The notes under the pieces: generated by a model
What the model was told of the DNA's origin: nothing
Database searches by the model: none
Seen by the model: only the letters and a program-made list of their open reading frames with translations
Shown: positions 1 through 14,951 of the stretch, piece after piece
Numbering within the stretch: position 1 is the first letter of the stretch
How the letters are laid out: each line of letters begins with the position of its first letter
Assembly: GCA_051362555.1 (NCBI GenBank)
Contig: CM120642.1
Span: 21,452,001-21,516,000 of the forward strand
Length of the DNA stretch: 64,000 bases
Reading direction: 5' to 3'
From: Lingula anatina
Taxonomy: Eukaryota; Animalia; Brachiopoda
Translations under genes and position numbers: made by a program

Positions 1-3000
1 TAAAACATTTTTTTTTTCAATTTCACAACATCTAATTAGACTCACATTAAACATCAAATATTATGATTTGAGTTTATTTGTGTAAGAGGTGACAAATTAC
101 CCATAACTGTCCTCTGGAAAAGAATATATAACCATTTAAGACATCTCCTTACTACCAATACCAGATGCAGATTCCTCCTTACAATCGGTTTCTGGAATAG
201 GGTTTAGCACACCATTTGACAATGTCCTAAAGCTTGCCATATGCCATCTATTGTACACATGGATGAGACATAGCATTGCTCTTGCTGTTGTTTTTTGCTG
301 TCTGTTTTTTCTATAAGAATTAGCCCTGACAAGACAGGAAGAATCAGTTCACCAAAAAAGCCATCACGCTGTATGGAAAAGGTCACCTGGAAAAACAACA
401 ATATGTTTGATAAAAGTGAAAATTAAATTCTAAAAATTGACAAATTTCCCACACTAAAATGGTTGAACAATAATTTTGATAAACTAAACCTAAACAGTTG
501 ACTATGTCTAATAAAAAGGATATTTTCAGAACATGTAAATTTGAGAAATACTGAAAATGACATTGAAAAGACTGCCAAATGCGGTGCCTTAAAATAGTTA
601 AATGTTAATAATTTTCACAAATCTTGTCCAATATTTGTGAAATTTGGATAAATGACTCATAACAACAATAAAAATCTGTGATAAGCTCATCAATTAAATG
701 TGTTTAATGAAAAATAATTTTCAGAGCATATAAATGTGAGAAAACTGAAAATAACAATGAAAAGACTGCCAAATTCCATGGTATAAAATAGTTAAACGTT
801 AATAATTTTCACAAATCTTGTCCAAGAAATGAGCAAATTTGAATAGATAATGCATAACAATAACAAAAATCTGTGATAAGCTTAACAGTTGACAGTGTGT
901 AATAGAATTGTAGTTGTTTGACATTTTGTATGGAAAGAGTGAGAATTATCTAAAACATTTTTTTTTTTCAATTTCACAACATCTAATTAGCCTCACATTA
1001 AACATCAAATATTATGATTTAAGTTTGTTTGTGTAAGAGGTGACAAATTACCCATAACTGTCCTCTGGAAAAGAATATATACCCATTTAAGACATCTCCT
1101 TACTACCAATACCAGATGCAGATTCCTCCTTACAATCGGTTTCTGGAATCGGGTTAAGCACACCATTTGACAATGTCCTAAACTTGCCATATACCATCTA
1201 TTGTACACATGGATGAGACATAGTACTGCTCTTGCTGTTGTCTTTTGCTGCCTGTTCTTTCTATAGGAATTAGCCATGACCAGACAGGAAGAATCAGTTC
1301 ACCAAAAAAGCCACCATGCTGTATGGAAAAGGTCACCTAGAAAAAGAACAATATGTTTGAAAAATGTGAAAATTAAATTCTAAAAATTGACAAATTTCCA
1401 ACAGTAAAATAGTTAAACATTTATAATTTTGATAAAGTTAACCTTAACAGTTGACTGTCTAATAAAAAGGATATTTTTGGAATATATAAAATTGAGAAAA
1501 ATGAAAATAACATTGAAAAGACTGCCAAATTCCATGGTTTAAAATAGTTAAACATTAATAATTTTCATAAATTTTGTTCAATATTTGTAAAATTTGGATA
1601 GACGTTGCATAACAATTATAAAAATATGTGATAAGCTCATCAGTTGACTGTGGCTCATGAAAAAGTATTTTTAGAGCATATAAATGTGAGAAACTGAAAA
1701 TGACATTGAAAAGACTGCCAAATTACATGCCATAAAATAGTTAAACCTTAATAATTTTCACAAATCTTGTCTAATATTTGTGAAATTTGGATAGATGATG
1801 CATAACAACAATAACAATCTGTGATAATCTCATCAGTTGACTGTATCTCATGAAAAAGATTTTTTTTTGGACAATAAATTTGAGAAAACTGAAATATATG
1901 TTGCATAACAACAATAGAAATCTGTGATAAGCTCATCAGTTGAATGTGTCTCATGACAACGTATTTTTAGAGCATATAAATGTGAGAAACTGAAAATGAC
2001 ATTGAAAAGACCGCCAAATTACATGCCATAAAATAGTTAAACATTAATCATTTTCACAAATCTTGTTCAATATTTGTGAAATTAGGATAGATGATGCATA
2101 ACACCAATTAAAATCTGTGATAAGCTCATCAGTTGAATCTGTCTCAAGAAAAAGAATTTTCAGAGCATAAAAATGTGAAAAAACTGAAAATTACATTGAA
2201 AAGACTGCCAAATTCCATGGCTTAAAATAGTTAAACGTTAATCATTTTCCCAAATCTTGTCAAATATTTGTGAAATTTGGACAGATGTTGCATAAAAACA
2301 ATAGAAATCTCTGATAAGCTTATCAGTTGACTGTGTCTTATGAAAAAGATTTTTTTTTGACAATAATGTTGAGAAAAGTGGCATAAAATAGTTAAACGTT
2401 AATAATTTTCACAAAACTTGTTCAATATTTGTGAAATTTGGAGAGATGATGCTTAACAATAACAAAAATCTGTGATAAGCTTAACAGTTGACAGTATGTG
2501 ATAGAATTGTAGTTGTTTGACATTTTGTATGCAAAGAGTGAGAATTATCTACAATATTTTTTTTTTCAATTTCACATCTAATTAGACTCACATTAAACAT
2601 CAAATATTATGATTTGAGTTTGTTTGTGTAAGAGGTGACAAATTACCCATAACTGTCCTCTGGAAAAGAATATATACCCATTTAAGACATCTCCTTACTA
2701 CCAATACCAGATGCAGATTCCTCCTTACAATCGGTTTCTGGAATAGGGTTTAGCACACCATTTGACAATGTCCTAAAGCTTGCCATATGCCATCTATTGT
2801 ACACATGGATGAGACATAGCATTGCTCTTGCTGTTGTCTTTTGCTGTCAGTTTTTTCTATTAGAATTAGCCCTGACCAGACAGGAAGAATCAGTTCACCA
2901 AAAAAGCCATCACGCTGTATGGAAAATGTCACCTGGAAAAACAACAATATGTTTGATAAAAGTGAAAATTAAATTCTAAAAATTGACAAATTTCCCACAC

Positions 3001-6000
3001 TAAAATAGTTGAACAAAAATTTTGATAAACTTAACCTAAACAGTTGACTATGACTGATAAAAAGGATATTTTCAGAACATATAAATTTGAGAAATACTGA
3101 AAATGACATTGAAAAGACTGCCAAATGCAGTGCCTTAAAATAGTTAAATGTTAATAATTTTCACAAATCTTGTCCAATATTTGTGAAATTTGGACAGATG
3201 ATGCATAACAATAATAAAAATCTGTGATAAGCTCATCAGTTGACTGTCTCATGAAAAACATTTTTTCAGAGCATATAAATGTGAGAAAACTGAAAATGAC
3301 ATTGAAAAGACTGCCAAATTCCATGATTTAAAATAGTGAAACATTAATAATTTTCATAAATTTTGTTCAATATTTGTAAAATTTGGATAGATGTTGCATA
3401 ACAATAATAAAAATCTGTGATAAGCTCATCAGTTGACTGTCTCATGAAAAACATTTTTTCAGAGCATATAAATGTGAGAAAACTGAAAATGACATTGAAA
3501 AGACTGCCAAATTCCATGGTTTAAAATAGTTAAACATTAATAATTTTCATAAATTTTGTTCAATATTTGTAAAATTTGGATAGATGTTGCATAACAATAA
3601 TAAAAATCTGTGATAAGCTCATCAGTTGACTGTCTCATGAAAAACATTTTTTCAGAGCATATAAATGTGAGAAAACTGAAAATGACATTGAAAAGACTGC
3701 CAAATTCCATGGCTTAAAATAGTTAAACATTAATGATTTTCACAAATCTTGTCTAATATTTGTGAAATTTGGATAGATGATGTATAACAACAATAAAAAT
3801 CTGTGATAAGCTCATCAGTTGACTGCGACTCATGAAAAACATTTTTATGAGCAAATAAATGTGAGAAAACTGAAAATGACACTGAAAAGACTGCCAAATT
3901 CCATGGTATAAAATAGTTAAACATTAATATTTTTCACAAATCTTCTCTAATATTTGTGGAATTTGGAGTGATGATGCTAAACAATAATAAAAATTTGATA
4001 AGCTCATCAGTTTACTGTGTTGCATGAAAAAGATTTTTTTGGACAATAAAATTGAGAAAACTGAAAATGACATTGAAAAGACTGCGAAATGCGGTGCCTT
4101 AAAATAGCTAAATGTTAATAATTTTCACAAATCTTGTCCAATATTTGTGAAATTTGGACAGATGATGCATAACAATAATTAAAATCTGTGATAAGTTCAT
4201 CAGTTGACTGTGTCTCATGAAAAACATTTTTCAGAGCATATAAATGTGAGAAAACTGAAAATGACACTGAAAAGACAGCCAAATTCCATGGCTTAAAATA
4301 GTTAAACGTTAATAATTTTCACAAATCTTGTCTAATATTTGTGAAATTTGAATAAATGATGCATAACAACAATAAAAATCTGTGATAAGCTCATCAGTTG
4401 ACTGTGTCTCATGAAAAACATTTTTCAGAGCATAAATAAATGTTAGAAAACTGAAAATGACACTGAAAAGACTGCCAAATTCCATGGTATAAAATAGTTA
4501 AACATTAATATTTTTCACAAATCTTCTCCAATATTTGTGGAATTTGGAGTGATGATGCTTAACAATAATTAAAATCTGTGATAAGCTCATCAGTTGACTG
4601 TGTCTCATTAAAAATATTTTTTTTGGACAATAAAATTGAGAAAATTGAAAATGACATTGAAAAGACTGCCAAATTCCATGGCTTAAAATAGTTAAACGTC
4701 AATAATTTTCACAAATCTTGTCTAATATTTGTGAAATTTGGATAGATGATGCATAACAACAATAAAAATCTGTGATAAGCTCATCAGTTGACTGTGTCTT
4801 ATGAAAAAGATATTTCTTGGACAATAATGTTGAGAAAACTGGCATAAAATAGTTAAACGTTAATAATTTTCACAAAACTTGTTCAATATTTGTGAAATTT
4901 GGAGAGATGATGCTTAACAATAACAAAAATCTGTGATAAGCTTAACAGTTGACAGTATGTGATAGAATTGTAGTTGTTTGACATTTTGTATGCGAAGAGT
5001 GAGCATTATCTACAATATTTTTTTTTTCAATTTCACATCTAATTAGACTCACATTAAACATCAAATATTATGATTTGAGTTTGTTTGTGTAAGAGGTGAC
5101 AAATTACCCATAACTGTCCTCTGGAAAAGAATATATACCCATTTAAGACATCTCCTTACTACCAATACCAGATGCAGATTCCTCCTTACAATCGGTTTCT
5201 GGAATAGGGTTTAGCACACCATTTGACAATGTCCTAAAGCTTGCCATATGCCATCTATTGTACACATGGATGAGACATAGCATTGCTCTTACTGTTGTCT
5301 TTTGCTGTCAGTTTTTTCTATTAGAATTAGCCCTGACAAGACAGGAAGAATCAGTTCACCAAAAAAGCCATCACGCTGTATGGAAAAGGTCACCTGGAAA
5401 AACAACAATATGTTTGATAAAAGTGAAAATTAAATTCTAAAAATTGACAAATTTCCCACACTAAAATAGTTGAACAATAATTTTGATAAACTTAACCTAA
5501 ACAGTTGACTATGTCTGATAAAAAGGATATTTTCAGAACATATAAATTTGAGAAATACTGAAAATGACATTGAAAAGACTGCCAAATGCGGTGCCTTAAA
5601 ATAGTTAAATGTTAATAATTTTCACAAATCTTGTCCAATATTTGTGAAATTTGGACAGATGATGCATAACAATAATAAAAATCTGTGATAAGCTCATCAG
5701 TTGACTATATCTCATGAAAAACATTTTTCAGAGCATATAAATGTGAGAAAATTGAAAATGACATTGAAAAGACTGCCAAATTCCATGGCATAAAATAGTT
5801 AAACGTTAATAATTTTCACAAATCTTGTCTAAAATTTCTGAAATTTGAATAGATGATGCATAACAATAATTAAAATCTGTGATAAGCTCATCAGTTTACT
5901 GTGTCTCATAAAAAACATTTTTGAGAGCATATAAATGTGAGAAAACTGAAAATGACATTGAAAAGGCTGCCAAATTCCATGGTATAAAATAGTTAAACAT

Positions 6001-9000
6001 TAATATTTTTCACAAATCTTCTCCAATATTTGTGGAATTTGGAGTGATAAAAATCTGTGATAAGCTCATCAGTTTACTGTGTCGCATGAAAAAGTTTTTT
6101 TTGGACAATAAAATTGAGAAAACTGAAAATGACATTGAAAAGACTGCCAAATGCGGTGCCTTAAAATAGTTAAATGTTAATAATTTTCACAAATCTTGTC
6201 CAAAATTTGTGAAATTTAGACAGATGATGCATAACAATAATAAAAATCTGTGATCAGCTCATCAGTTGACTGTGTCTCATGAAAAACATTTTTCAGAGCA
6301 TATAAATGTGAGAAAACTGAAAATGACATTGAAAAGACTGCCAAATTCCATGACTTAAAATAGTTAAACGTCAATAATTTTCACAAATCTTGTCTAATAT
6401 TTGTGAAATTTGGATAGATGATGCATAACAACAATAAAAATTTGTGATAAGCTCATCAGTTGACTGTGTCTCATTAAAAATATTTTTTTTGGACAATAAA
6501 ATTGAGAAAACTGAAAATGACACTGAAAAGACTGTAAAATGCGGTGTCTTAAAATAGTTAAACGTTAATAATTTTCACAAATCTTGTCCAATAAATGAGA
6601 AAATTTGGATAGATAATGCAGAACAATAACAAAAATCTGTGATAAGCTTAACAGTTGACAGTGTGTAATAGAATTGTAGTTGTTTGACATTTTGTATGGA
6701 AAGAGTGAGAATTATCTAAAACATTTTTTTTTTCAATTTCACAACATCTAATTAGACTCACATTAAACATCAAATATTATGATTTGAGTTTATTTGTGTA
6801 AGAGGTGACAAATTACCCATAACTGTCCTCTGGAAAAGAATATATAACCATTTAAGACATCTCCTTACTACCAATACCAGATGCAGATTCCTCCTTACAA
6901 TCGGTTTCTGGAATAGGGTTTAGCACACCATTTGACAATGTCCTAAAGCTTGCCATATGCCATCTATTGTACACATGGATGAGACATAGCATTGCTCTTG
7001 CTGTTGTTTTTTGCTGTCTGTTTTTTCTATAAGAATTAGCCCTGACAAGACAGGAAGAATCAGTTCACCAAAAAAGCCATCACGCTGTATGGAAAAGGTC
7101 ACCTGGAAAAACAACAATATGTTTGATAAAAGTGAAAATTAAATTCTAAAAATTGACAAATTTCCCACACTAAAATGGTTGAACAATAATTTTGATAAAC
7201 TAAACCTAAACAGTTGACTATGTCTAATAAAAAGGATATTTTCAGAACATGTAAATTTGAGAAATACTGAAAATGACATTGAAAAGACTGCCAAATGCGG
7301 TGCCTTAAAATAGTTAAATGTTAATAATTTTCACAAATCTTGTCCAATATTTGTGAAATTTGGATAAATGACTCATAACAACAATAAAAATCTGTGATAA
7401 GCTCATCAATTAAATGTGTTTAATGAAAAATAATTTTCAGAGCATATAAATGTGAGAAAACTGAAAATAACAATGAAAAGACTGCCAAATTCCATGGTAT
7501 AAAATAGTTAAACGTTAATAATTTTCACAAATCTTGTCCAAGAAATGAGCAAATTTGAATAGATAATGCATAACAATAACAAAAATCTGTGATAAGCTTA
7601 ACAGTTGACAGTGTGTAATAGAATTGTAGTTGTTTGACATTTTGTATGGAAAGAGTGAGAATTATCTAAAACATTTTTTTTTTTCAATTTCACAACATCT
7701 AATTAGCCTCACATTAAACATCAAATATTATGATTTAAGTTTGTTTGTGTAAGAGGTGACAAATTACCCATAACTGTCCTCTGGAAAAGAATATATACCC
7801 ATTTAAGACATCTCCTTACTACCAATACCAGATGCAGATTCCTCCTTACAATCGGTTTCTGGAATCGGGTTAAGCACACCATTTGACAATGTCCTAAACT
7901 TGCCATATACCATCTATTGTACACATGGATGAGACATAGTACTGCTCTTGCTGTTGTCTTTTGCTGCCTGTTCTTTCTATAGGAATTAGCCATGACCAGA
8001 CAGGAAGAATCAGTTCACCAAAAAAGCCACCATGCTGTATGGAAAAGGTCACCTAGAAAAAGAACAATATGTTTGAAAAATGTGAAAATTAAATTCTAAA
8101 AATTGACAAATTTCCAACAGTAAAATAGTTAAACATTTATAATTTTGATAAAGTTAACCTTAACAGTTGACTGTCTAATAAAAAGGATATTTTTGGAATA
8201 TATAAAATTGAGAAAAATGAAAATAACATTGAAAAGACTGCCAAATTCCATGGTTTAAAATAGTTAAACATTAATAATTTTCATAAATTTTGTTCAATAT
8301 TTGTAAAATTTGGATAGACGTTGCATAACAATTATAAAAATATGTGATAAGCTCATCAGTTGACTGTGGCTCATGAAAAAGTATTTTTAGAGCATATAAA
8401 TGTGAGAAACTGAAAATGACATTGAAAAGACTGCCAAATTACATGCCATAAAATAGTTAAACCTTAATAATTTTCACAAATCTTGTCTAATATTTGTGAA
8501 ATTTGGATAGATGATGCATAACAACAATAACAATCTGTGATAATCTCATCAGTTGACTGTATCTCATGAAAAAGATTTTTTTTTGGACAATAAATTTGAG
8601 AAAACTGAAATATATGTTGCATAACAACAATAGAAATCTGTGATAAGCTCATCAGTTGAATGTGTCTCATGACAACGTATTTTTAGAGCATATAAATGTG
8701 AGAAACTGAAAATGACATTGAAAAGACCGCCAAATTACATGCCATAAAATAGTTAAACATTAATCATTTTCACAAATCTTGTTCAATATTTGTGAAATTA
8801 GGATAGATGATGCATAACACCAATTAAAATCTGTGATAAGCTCATCAGTTGAATCTGTCTCAAGAAAAAGAATTTTCAGAGCATAAAAATGTGAAAAAAC
8901 TGAAAATTACATTGAAAAGACTGCCAAATTCCATGGCTTAAAATAGTTAAACGTTAATCATTTTCCCAAATCTTGTCAAATATTTGTGAAATTTGGACAG

Positions 9001-12000
9001 ATGTTGCATAAAAACAATAGAAATCTCTGATAAGCTTATCAGTTGACTGTGTCTTATGAAAAAGATTTTTTTTTGACAATAATGTTGAGAAAAGTGGCAT
9101 AAAATAGTTAAACGTTAATAATTTTCACAAAACTTGTTCAATATTTGTGAAATTTGGAGAGATGATGCTTAACAATAACAAAAATCTGTGATAAGCTTAA
9201 CAGTTGACAGTATGTGATAGAATTGTAGTTGTTTGACATTTTGTATGCAAAGAGTGAGAATTATCTACAATATTTTTTTTTTCAATTTCACATCTAATTA
9301 GACTCACATTAAACATCAAATATTATGATTTGAGTTTGTTTGTGTAAGAGGTGACAAATTACCCATAACTGTCCTCTGGAAAAGAATATATACCCATTTA
9401 AGACATCTCCTTACTACCAATACCAGATGCAGATTCCTCCTTACAATCGGTTTCTGGAATAGGGTTTAGCACACCATTTGACAATGTCCTAAAGCTTGCC
9501 ATATGCCATCTATTGTACACATGGATGAGACATAGCATTGCTCTTGCTGTTGTCTTTTGCTGTCAGTTTTTTCTATTAGAATTAGCCCTGACCAGACAGG
9601 AAGAATCAGTTCACCAAAAAAGCCATCACGCTGTATGGAAAATGTCACCTGGAAAAACAACAATATGTTTGATAAAAGTGAAAATTAAATTCTAAAAATT
9701 GACAAATTTCCCACACTAAAATAGTTGAACAAAAATTTTGATAAACTTAACCTAAACAGTTGACTATGACTGATAAAAAGGATATTTTCAGAACATATAA
9801 ATTTGAGAAATACTGAAAATGACATTGAAAAGACTGCCAAATGCAGTGCCTTAAAATAGTTAAATGTTAATAATTTTCACAAATCTTGTCCAATATTTGT
9901 GAAATTTGGACAGATGATGCATAACAATAATAAAAATCTGTGATAAGCTCATCAGTTGACTGTCTCATGAAAAACATTTTTTCAGAGCATATAAATGTGA
10001 GAAAACTGAAAATGACATTGAAAAGACTGCCAAATTCCATGATTTAAAATAGTGAAACATTAATAATTTTCATAAATTTTGTTCAATATTTGTAAAATTT
10101 GGATAGATGTTGCATAACAATAATAAAAATCTGTGATAAGCTCATCAGTTGACTGTCTCATGAAAAACATTTTTTCAGAGCATATAAATGTGAGAAAACT
10201 GAAAATGACATTGAAAAGACTGCCAAATTCCATGGTTTAAAATAGTTAAACATTAATAATTTTCATAAATTTTGTTCAATATTTGTAAAATTTGGATAGA
10301 TGTTGCATAACAATAATAAAAATCTGTGATAAGCTCATCAGTTGACTGTCTCATGAAAAACATTTTTTCAGAGCATATAAATGTGAGAAAACTGAAAATG
10401 ACATTGAAAAGACTGCCAAATTCCATGGCTTAAAATAGTTAAACATTAATGATTTTCACAAATCTTGTCTAATATTTGTGAAATTTGGATAGATGATGTA
10501 TAACAACAATAAAAATCTGTGATAAGCTCATCAGTTGACTGCGACTCATGAAAAACATTTTTATGAGCAAATAAATGTGAGAAAACTGAAAATGACACTG
10601 AAAAGACTGCCAAATTCCATGGTATAAAATAGTTAAACATTAATATTTTTCACAAATCTTCTCTAATATTTGTGGAATTTGGAGTGATGATGCTAAACAA
10701 TAATAAAAATTTGATAAGCTCATCAGTTTACTGTGTTGCATGAAAAAGATTTTTTTGGACAATAAAATTGAGAAAACTGAAAATGACATTGAAAAGACTG
10801 CGAAATGCGGTGCCTTAAAATAGCTAAATGTTAATAATTTTCACAAATCTTGTCCAATATTTGTGAAATTTGGACAGATGATGCATAACAATAATTAAAA
10901 TCTGTGATAAGTTCATCAGTTGACTGTGTCTCATGAAAAACATTTTTCAGAGCATATAAATGTGAGAAAACTGAAAATGACACTGAAAAGACAGCCAAAT
11001 TCCATGGCTTAAAATAGTTAAACGTTAATAATTTTCACAAATCTTGTCTAATATTTGTGAAATTTGAATAAATGATGCATAACAACAATAAAAATCTGTG
11101 ATAAGCTCATCAGTTGACTGTGTCTCATGAAAAACATTTTTCAGAGCATAAATAAATGTTAGAAAACTGAAAATGACACTGAAAAGACTGCCAAATTCCA
11201 TGGTATAAAATAGTTAAACATTAATATTTTTCACAAATCTTCTCCAATATTTGTGGAATTTGGAGTGATGATGCTTAACAATAATTAAAATCTGTGATAA
11301 GCTCATCAGTTGACTGTGTCTCATTAAAAATATTTTTTTTGGACAATAAAATTGAGAAAATTGAAAATGACATTGAAAAGACTGCCAAATTCCATGGCTT
11401 AAAATAGTTAAACGTCAATAATTTTCACAAATCTTGTCTAATATTTGTGAAATTTGGATAGATGATGCATAACAACAATAAAAATCTGTGATAAGCTCAT
11501 CAGTTGACTGTGTCTTATGAAAAAGATATTTCTTGGACAATAATGTTGAGAAAACTGGCATAAAATAGTTAAACGTTAATAATTTTCACAAAACTTGTTC
11601 AATATTTGTGAAATTTGGAGAGATGATGCTTAACAATAACAAAAATCTGTGATAAGCTTAACAGTTGACAGTATGTGATAGAATTGTAGTTGTTTGACAT
11701 TTTGTATGCGAAGAGTGAGCATTATCTACAATATTTTTTTTTTCAATTTCACATCTAATTAGACTCACATTAAACATCAAATATTATGATTTGAGTTTGT
11801 TTGTGTAAGAGGTGACAAATTACCCATAACTGTCCTCTGGAAAAGAATATATACCCATTTAAGACATCTCCTTACTACCAATACCAGATGCAGATTCCTC
11901 CTTACAATCGGTTTCTGGAATAGGGTTTAGCACACCATTTGACAATGTCCTAAAGCTTGCCATATGCCATCTATTGTACACATGGATGAGACATAGCATT

Positions 12001-14951
12001 GCTCTTACTGTTGTCTTTTGCTGTCAGTTTTTTCTATTAGAATTAGCCCTGACAAGACAGGAAGAATCAGTTCACCAAAAAAGCCATCACGCTGTATGGA
12101 AAAGGTCACCTGGAAAAACAACAATATGTTTGATAAAAGTGAAAATTAAATTCTAAAAATTGACAAATTTCCCACACTAAAATAGTTGAACAATAATTTT
12201 GATAAACTTAACCTAAACAGTTGACTATGTCTGATAAAAAGGATATTTTCAGAACATATAAATTTGAGAAATACTGAAAATGACATTGAAAAGACTGCCA
12301 AATGCGGTGCCTTAAAATAGTTAAATGTTAATAATTTTCACAAATCTTGTCCAATATTTGTGAAATTTGGACAGATGATGCATAACAATAATAAAAATCT
12401 GTGATAAGCTCATCAGTTGACTATATCTCATGAAAAACATTTTTCAGAGCATATAAATGTGAGAAAATTGAAAATGACATTGAAAAGACTGCCAAATTCC
12501 ATGGCATAAAATAGTTAAACGTTAATAATTTTCACAAATCTTGTCTAAAATTTCTGAAATTTGAATAGATGATGCATAACAATAATTAAAATCTGTGATA
12601 AGCTCATCAGTTTACTGTGTCTCATAAAAAACATTTTTGAGAGCATATAAATGTGAGAAAACTGAAAATGACATTGAAAAGGCTGCCAAATTCCATGGTA
12701 TAAAATAGTTAAACATTAATATTTTTCACAAATCTTCTCCAATATTTGTGGAATTTGGAGTGATAAAAATCTGTGATAAGCTCATCAGTTTACTGTGTCG
12801 CATGAAAAAGTTTTTTTTGGACAATAAAATTGAGAAAACTGAAAATGACATTGAAAAGACTGCCAAATGCGGTGCCTTAAAATAGTTAAATGTTAATAAT
12901 TTTCACAAATCTTGTCCAAAATTTGTGAAATTTAGACAGATGATGCATAACAATAATAAAAATCTGTGATCAGCTCATCAGTTGACTGTGTCTCATGAAA
13001 AACATTTTTCAGAGCATATAAATGTGAGAAAACTGAAAATGACATTGAAAAGACTGCCAAATTCCATGACTTAAAATAGTTAAACGTCAATAATTTTCAC
13101 AAATCTTGTCTAATATTTGTGAAATTTGGATAGATGATGCATAACAACAATAAAAATTTGTGATAAGCTCATCAGTTGACTGTGTCTCATTAAAAATATT
13201 TTTTTTGGACAATAAAATTGAGAAAACTGAAAATGACACTGAAAAGACTGTAAAATGCGGTGTCTTAAAATAGTTAAACGTTAATAATTTTCACAAATCT
13301 TGTCCAATAAATGAGAAAATTTGGATAGATAATGCAGAACAATAACAAAAATCTGTGATAAGCTTAACAGTTGACAGTGTGTAATAGAATTGTAGTTGTT
13401 TGACATTTTGTATGGAAAGAGTGAGAATTATCTAAAACATTTTTTTTTTCAATTTCACAACATCTAATTAGACTCACATTAAACATCAAATATTATGATT
13501 TGAGTTTATTTGTGTAAGAGGTGACAAATTACCCATAACTGTCCTCTGGAAAAGAATATATAACCATTTAAGACATCTCCTTACTACCAATACCAGATGC
13601 AGATTCCTCCTTACAATCGGTTTCTGGAATAGGGTTTAGCACACCATTTGACAATGTCCTAAAGCTTGCCATATGCCATCTATTGTACACATGGATGAGA
13701 CATAGCATTGCTCTTGCTGTTGTTTTTTGCTGTCTGTTTTTTCTATAAGAATTAGCCCTGACAAGACAGGAAGAATCAGTTCACCAAAAAAGCCATCACG
13801 CTGTATGGAAAAGGTCACCTGGAAAAACAACAATATGTTTGATAAAAGTGAAAATTAAATTCTAAAAATTGACAAATTTCCCACACTAAAATGGTTGAAC
13901 AATAATTTTGATAAACTAAACCTAAACAGTTGACTATGTCTAATAAAAAGGATATTTTCAGAACATGTAAATTTGAGAAATACTGAAAATGACATTGAAA
14001 AGACTGCCAAATGCGGTGCCTTAAAATAGTTAAATGTTAATAATTTTCACAAATCTTGTCCAATATTTGTGAAATTTGGATAAATGACTCATAACAACAA
14101 TAAAAATCTGTGATAAGCTCATCAATTAAATGTGTTTAATGAAAAATAATTTTCAGAGCATATAAATGTGAGAAAACTGAAAATAACAATGAAAAGACTG
14201 CCAAATTCCATGGTATAAAATAGTTAAACGTTAATAATTTTCACAAATCTTGTCCAAGAAATGAGCAAATTTGAATAGATAATGCATAACAATAACAAAA
14301 ATCTGTGATAAGCTTAACAGTTGACAGTGTGTAATAGAATTGTAGTTGTTTGACATTTTCTATGGAAAGAGTGAGAATTATCTAAAACATTTTTTTTTTT
14401 CAATTTCACAACATCTAATTAGCCTCACATTAAACATCAAATATTATGATTTAAGTTTGTTTGTGTAAGAGGTGACAAATTACCCATAACTGTCCTCTGG
14501 AAAAGAATATATACCCATTTAAGACATCTCCTTACTACCAATACCAGATGCAGATTCCTCCTTACAATCGGTTTCTGGAATCGGGTTAAGCACACCATTT
14601 GACAATGTCCTAAACTTGCCATATACCATCTATTGTACACATGGATGAGACATAGTACTGCTCTTGCTGTTGTCTTTTGCTGCCTGTTCTTTCTATAGGA
14701 ATTAGCCATGACCAGACAGGAAGAATCAGTTCACCAAAAAAGCCACCATGCTGTATGGAAAAGGTCACCTAGAAAAAGAACAATATGTTTGAAAAATGTG
14801 AAAATTAAATTCTAAAAATTGACAAATTTCCAACAGTAAAATAGTTAAACATTTATAATTTTGATAAAGTTAACCTTAACAGTTGACTGTCTAATAAAAA
14901 GGATATTTTTGGAATATATAAAATTGAGAAAAATGAAAATAACATTGAAAA
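1..14951. repeat. Higher-order repeat, 6716-bp period, ~2.2 near-identical copies (4 cores per unit)
   Basis: Identical ORFs recur at a 6716 offset (204/6920/13636; 1005/7721/14437; 2750/9466; 5258/11974). Identity breaks at ~14952. I saw one substitution, at ~14360. Confidence 0.95.
101..386 (-). other. Representative exon-like segment of the core (286 nt). 26 copies start at about 101, 1052, 2647, 5108, 6817, 7768, 9363, 11824, 13533, 14484, 15809, 17133, 18085, 19035, 22489, 23439, 24389, 25835, 27714, 31717, 43248, 44786, 47286, 48909, 50430 and 51185
   Basis: On the minus strand a polypyrimidine acceptor (ttgttgtttttccag|GTGACC) opens the segment, and it ends TATGG|gtaatt, which is either a donor or TAT GGG TAA. 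It is less AT-rich than the monomers. Most copies have an in-frame stop; some (18988-19320, 23380-23739, 24330-24689) read through. Confidence 0.55.

Noticed and set aside
3960-4100. C/D-box snoRNA cluster (GTGATGA ... CTGA in monomers)
   Set aside because: GTGATGA is present in only one monomer variant, and I found no terminal stem or recognisable rRNA-complementary guide.
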